A DNA stretch of 64,000 nt from positions 1,888,001 to 1,952,000 of the forward strand of contig OY769902.1 in assembly GCA_963669175.1 (NCBI GenBank). The letters are read 5' to 3'. A model generated the notes under the pieces. That model was not told where the DNA came from and did not search any database. It saw nothing but the letters and a program-made list of their open reading frames with translations. Both the position numbers and the translations under genes were made by a program. The DNA comes from a bacterium. GTDB lineage: Bacteria; Electryoneota; Electryoneia; Electryoneales; Electryoneaceae. Position 1 is the stretch's first letter. Every line of letters starts with the position of its first letter. This document shows, one piece after another, positions 60,415 through 64,000 of the stretch.

Positions 60415-63400
60415 ATGCACGCTGCAAACAAGATTCGGATCATCTTTCTTCTACTTTTACTTGTAATTCCCGTTTATGGCCTGAGTTCAGAGCTGGATGA
60501 ATCCGGCGGTCCAGATGAATACGGGTACTATTACATCGACAGTGAAGAGATTGGCGGACCACAGTACAACTGGGTAGACATCCGTCCCACTGGGGGAGAT
60601 TCCATCCCGGCGGATCTATGGGCGGATGAGTCCTATGTGGGGCCGATATGGCTCACCTTCATGTTCCCATTCTATGATGAAGAATACGGTTCTGTTCTCC
60701 TGAGCAGCGAAGGTTACCTGACTTTTCTCAATTATGAAGATCCCCCCGTATCGCAAAATGTTGCCATCCCGGATACCAGCCCACCGAACGCCATTATTGC
60801 TTGGTTCTGGGATAATCTGAACCCGGTTTTCAACGGCGTTGAACCTTCCGTATGGTATGGTGAAACAGGTGATAGCGCCTTTGTGATCCAGTTTCAATCT
60901 TTTTGCACGGGTGATGATGAAGACAACCTGATCCAGGCAGAAATTCTTCTCTATGAAAACGGGGATATCGTTCTTCAGTACGAGTCCATCCCGGACGGTA
61001 TCAACCTGACAGGAAAAACGATCGGTATTGAAGATGAAACCGGAACTGCCGGGTTTACCGTATCCTACAACAATGAACCGGCAAATTACCCGCTGGAAGA
61101 GCTGGCCATTCGTTTCTACCAAATCCCTGACAATGCCATTTTATCGGGCATCATCACGGATCAGGAAACCGGCGAGCCAATCGAATATGTGACGATTACC
61201 TGCGGCGAGATGCAGGATGAGTCGGATGAAGATGGGCATTATGAAGTGGGGCCGCTCTGGTCAAATTACCCGTTACAGGTTATCGCGCAGTGGTATGGGT
61301 ATTTCACTCATATAGACACAGTTACGCTGAATCCGGAGGTCAATACCTACAATTTCTCACTACTGCCCTGGCCGGAATCTTACCAGTCGTGGTCAACTGA
61401 TTTTGAGTCCAACCCGGATATGTTTACGAACCTTCATGCTACTCAGGATTGGGAGTGGGGAGACCCTGACGGAGGCGCAGCTCATTCCGGTGAGCTCTGC
61501 TGGGGAAACTCCCTTTCCGGTGAGTATGCAAACGGGATCGCCGATACCCTGATCAGCATGCGTGAATGGTATATCGCAGGTGAAGACGCTTCATTCAGTT
61601 ACTGGCACTTCTATGATTTTGAAAACAATGTTGATGGGTATCATCTGCTTATTTCCTCGGATTCATTGGAAAGCTGGCAGTTGCTCACGCCCAATGACGG
61701 CTATTCCAGCCAGAATGTGAGCAGCCTGGCCAACCAACCCGGCTTCTCAGGCAATCTGGGCGGAGAGTGGGAAGAAGTTGTTGTCAACCTCAATGATTGG
61801 GCGGACGAGGAGGTTTTCCTTGCATTTGTCATGGGTACTGACGGAGAAAATACAGCAACCGGTGTTCTGATCGATGATTTCTCAATCAGCCTCCCCACAG
61901 GATCAATAGAAGGCGCAGTGGTTATCAACAGTAACGAACCTGTCGTTGAAAATATTCCGGTCTTCCTGTACGAACCTGTTGATCATTCGCCTGTGCTTTA
62001 CGATACCACAGACGTTGATGGGGAATTCGCTTTTCATGGCCTGCTGCCGGAAAGCTTTTTCATTCACATTGATCATAGCGGAATTTTCCAGGATTGGAAT
62101 GATACTGTTGTTGTCGCATTGAATGACACGTTACAGGTCGAGGCTGAAATCGATTCCATTCCGCTCTATTCCTGTACTGAAGTTCAGCAGGAACACAATG
62201 TTGGCGACCTCGTGCGTGTGAAAGGTATCGTAACCCTGGGGGATAATATCATCAGCGATGAGTATTCTCAGTTCTACCTGCAGGACATGAGCGGCATGGG
62301 GCTTGAATTGTATTCGGATGAAGCTCCCGATCCAGCGGCGCCGTTGTACCAGGGGATCGAAATTCACGCCTGGGGGGAACTGCAGGAAGATGACGAGAAT
62401 ACGGTCCTGGTTGATTATGAGTTGGAGATGCTCTCAACCGGTAATACACTGCCTGCGGCACAGGAGTTGACCTCGCTGGAAGCATCGACCTTCGACAGCC
62501 TCGAAGGATGCCGCGTCATGGTAAGCGGACGTCTGATGGATACGCCGGAACCCGGTGGCAGCTATTCCATACGTCTCGATGATGGCTCCGCACAGCTACA
62601 GGTGCATCTGTATGAGAACGCGAATGTTGTTTTGGTTGATTATCCACGTTTCAGTTGGTTGACCATCGAAGGTGTGCTGACCCATAATGTGCTGGATAAC
62701 CTGTGGCTCGTTCCCGGATGTCATGGTGATATCACGCCCTATGTGTACCCGCCTCGTAATTTTACCGCCGACCTGGATACGGCTACCGGAATCGTACACC
62801 TGGATTGGGAACATACCCCGCAACCGGGGCAGTTGTATGAACTGATCTATGATGATGACGCCTATACCGGAAGTTATCATGTTGAAGACTATGTCATGTC
62901 CACACGTTTCAGCCCTGAATTGCCCTGCCAGATCACAAAGCTGAAATTCTTTACCCTTGCTACGGATGATGATGCAACATCTTTTGAGGCCGAAATTTAT
63001 CCCTGGATCAGGCAAGCCCCTGATACCGAACCGTCCTGGACCAGCACGCTGGAAGCGAACAACATGGCATGGACTGAAATCGATTTGAGCGACCAGAGTG
63101 TTGAATTCAATGGTGATTTCACGGTTGGTTTTGCCGCTGGAGAAGATCCGGTAAGCCTGGCCTTTGATGCAGGGCTGGATAACGGCAGAAGTTTTGATTA
63201 TGACGGAACCGAATGGATACGCTGGCACCAGGCCTACCTGATTCGAATTGAGGTGATTTACGAGGATGGAACCCTTGCAACGCTGAGTCCTGTTGCAGGT
63301 GAAGATGTGAAAGTATCAAGTGAACCGCGTGAATACCTGGCGCTTGATGGTTCCATCGGGATGACTCGGCCGGTGAAGACGGTAGCCGAGGCAATTGACG

Positions 63401-63915
63401 GGAACCACGAATTGCTTTCAAATCCATCCGGTGAACTGGATGAATTCTCAAACTTCATGGTCATTCGTGACGGGCATGTTATCGCGGAACCCCTGTCTTC
63501 CGCCTATCACGATACCCTGCCTGAGTTTGGTGAGTATCTCTACTCACTGCGTTCGGTGTATGATGAAGCAAACTCAACCGTTACCGGCCCCATCCAGGTT
63601 GATTGGTATGATACCCGCAGCGATGAGCCGGATACTCGTGAACTCCCGGAATCCTACGCGCTGGAAGCGGTCTGGCCGAATCCGTTCAATTCAAGCCTGA
63701 CTGTACGATTAGCTTTACCGGATGCGGATGCTGTAACCATTCACCTGTATGATATTCTTGGCAGAGAGGCGCTACAGCAAAACCTTGGAACACTCCATGC
63801 CGGGCATCCGCAATTCAGTTTCACGGCGGATCACCTCCCAAGCGGTGTCTATTTCCTGAAAGTGCAGAGTCAACACGGGATCAATGCTACACGGAAGGTT
63901 GTGCTTCTCAAGTAG
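60415..63915 (+). CDS. Multidomain secreted protein (GGPDxYGY module, carboxypeptidase-regulatory-like, OB-fold-like repeats) with T9SS CTD
   Basis: Signal peptide; GGPDEYGYYYIDS; WPNPFNS...YDILGRE...SGVYF...KVVLLK. Confidence 0.85.
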   Translation: MHAANKIRIIFLLLLLVIPVYGLSSELDESGGPDEYGYYYIDSEEIGGPQYNWVDIRPTGGDSIPADLWADESYVGPIWLTFMFPFYDEEYGSVLLSSEGYLTFLNYEDPPVSQNVAIPDTSPPNAIIAWFWDNLNPVFNGVEPSVWYGETGDSAFVIQFQSFCTGDDEDNLIQAEILLYENGDIVLQYESIPDGINLTGKTIGIEDETGTAGFTVSYNNEPANYPLEELAIRFYQIPDNAILSGIITDQETGEPIEYVTITCGEMQDESDEDGHYEVGPLWSNYPLQVIAQWYGYFTHIDTVTLNPEVNTYNFSLLPWPESYQSWSTDFESNPDMFTNLHATQDWEWGDPDGGAAHSGELCWGNSLSGEYANGIADTLISMREWYIAGEDASFSYWHFYDFENNVDGYHLLISSDSLESWQLLTPNDGYSSQNVSSLANQPGFSGNLGGEWEEVVVNLNDWADEEVFLAFVMGTDGENTATGVLIDDFSISLPTGSIEGAVVINSNEPVVENIPVFLYEPVDHSPVLYDTTDVDGEFAFHGLLPESFFIHIDHSGIFQDWNDTVVVALNDTLQVEAEIDSIPLYSCTEVQQEHNVGDLVRVKGIVTLGDNIISDEYSQFYLQDMSGMGLELYSDEAPDPAAPLYQGIEIHAWGELQEDDENTVLVDYELEMLSTGNTLPAAQELTSLEASTFDSLEGCRVMVSGRLMDTPEPGGSYSIRLDDGSAQLQVHLYENANVVLVDYPRFSWLTIEGVLTHNVLDNLWLVPGCHGDITPYVYPPRNFTADLDTATGIVHLDWEHTPQPGQLYELIYDDDAYTGSYHVEDYVMSTRFSPELPCQITKLKFFTLATDDDATSFEAEIYPWIRQAPDTEPSWTSTLEANNMAWTEIDLSDQSVEFNGDFTVGFAAGEDPVSLAFDAGLDNGRSFDYDGTEWIRWHQAYLIRIEVIYEDGTLATLSPVAGEDVKVSSEPREYLALDGSIGMTRPVKTVAEAIDGNHELLSNPSGELDEFSNFMVIRDGHVIAEPLSSAYHDTLPEFGEYLYSLRSVYDEANSTVTGPIQVDWYDTRSDEPDTRELPESYALEAVWPNPFNSSLTVRLALPDADAVTIHLYDILGREALQQNLGTLHAGHPQFSFTADHLPSGVYFLKVQSQHGINATRKVVLLK

Positions 63916-63938
63916 TAGTGTCCTGTGTTACAATTTTT

Positions 63939-63984
63939 ACCCGGGAGTAATGCGCCTTGACGCATGTTATTCCCGGGTTTTCTT
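63939..63984 (+). terminator. Probable terminator hairpin
   Basis: acccgggagtaa-tgcg...cgca-tg-ttattcccgggt + tttctt. Confidence 0.65.
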
Positions 63985-64000
63985 GTGGTGTTTCGTCTCT

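Noticed and set aside
1-64000. tRNA / rRNA / riboswitch
   Set aside because: No cloverleaf or rRNA signatures recognised by eye; a tRNAscan/Rfam run would be needed to exclude them formally.

Overview
64 kb of bacterial chromosome, most likely from an FCB-superphylum lineage outside classical Bacteroidia. This is an inference from T9SS C-terminal domains and porX together with strong GGAG Shine-Dalgarno sites. The window holds housekeeping genes (citF 3' end, porX, scpA, hisC, frameshifted prfB, ruvB, obgE, dprA, lepB, lepA, amt, lat), a nonulosonic acid (KDN-type) and LPS cluster, a sigma54 activator/Ser-Thr kinase module, and six T9SS-CTD secreted proteins including a C25 gingipain-like protein. 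The intergenic DNA is unusually rich in several families of palindromic repeats. The most striking locus is a Y1 HUH transposase (RAYT-like, 28479-29144) bounded by 24-bp inverted repeats with a GGGACAG core. One end is iterated 10 times as a nested ladder with a fixed AAAACTAG end, and this end truncates neighbouring genes at two loci. Related GGG(G/T)AC(A/T)G hairpins form ordered four-hairpin arrays around the variable secreted-protein genes. A second candidate system is a recurrent (D/S/G)ELD(E) motif at domain boundaries of T9SS cargo, alongside a C25 protease with a non-canonical active site; this may indicate Asp-specific, caspase-like maturation. No rRNA, tRNA or CRISPR array was seen. 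All calls are by eye, without database searches.
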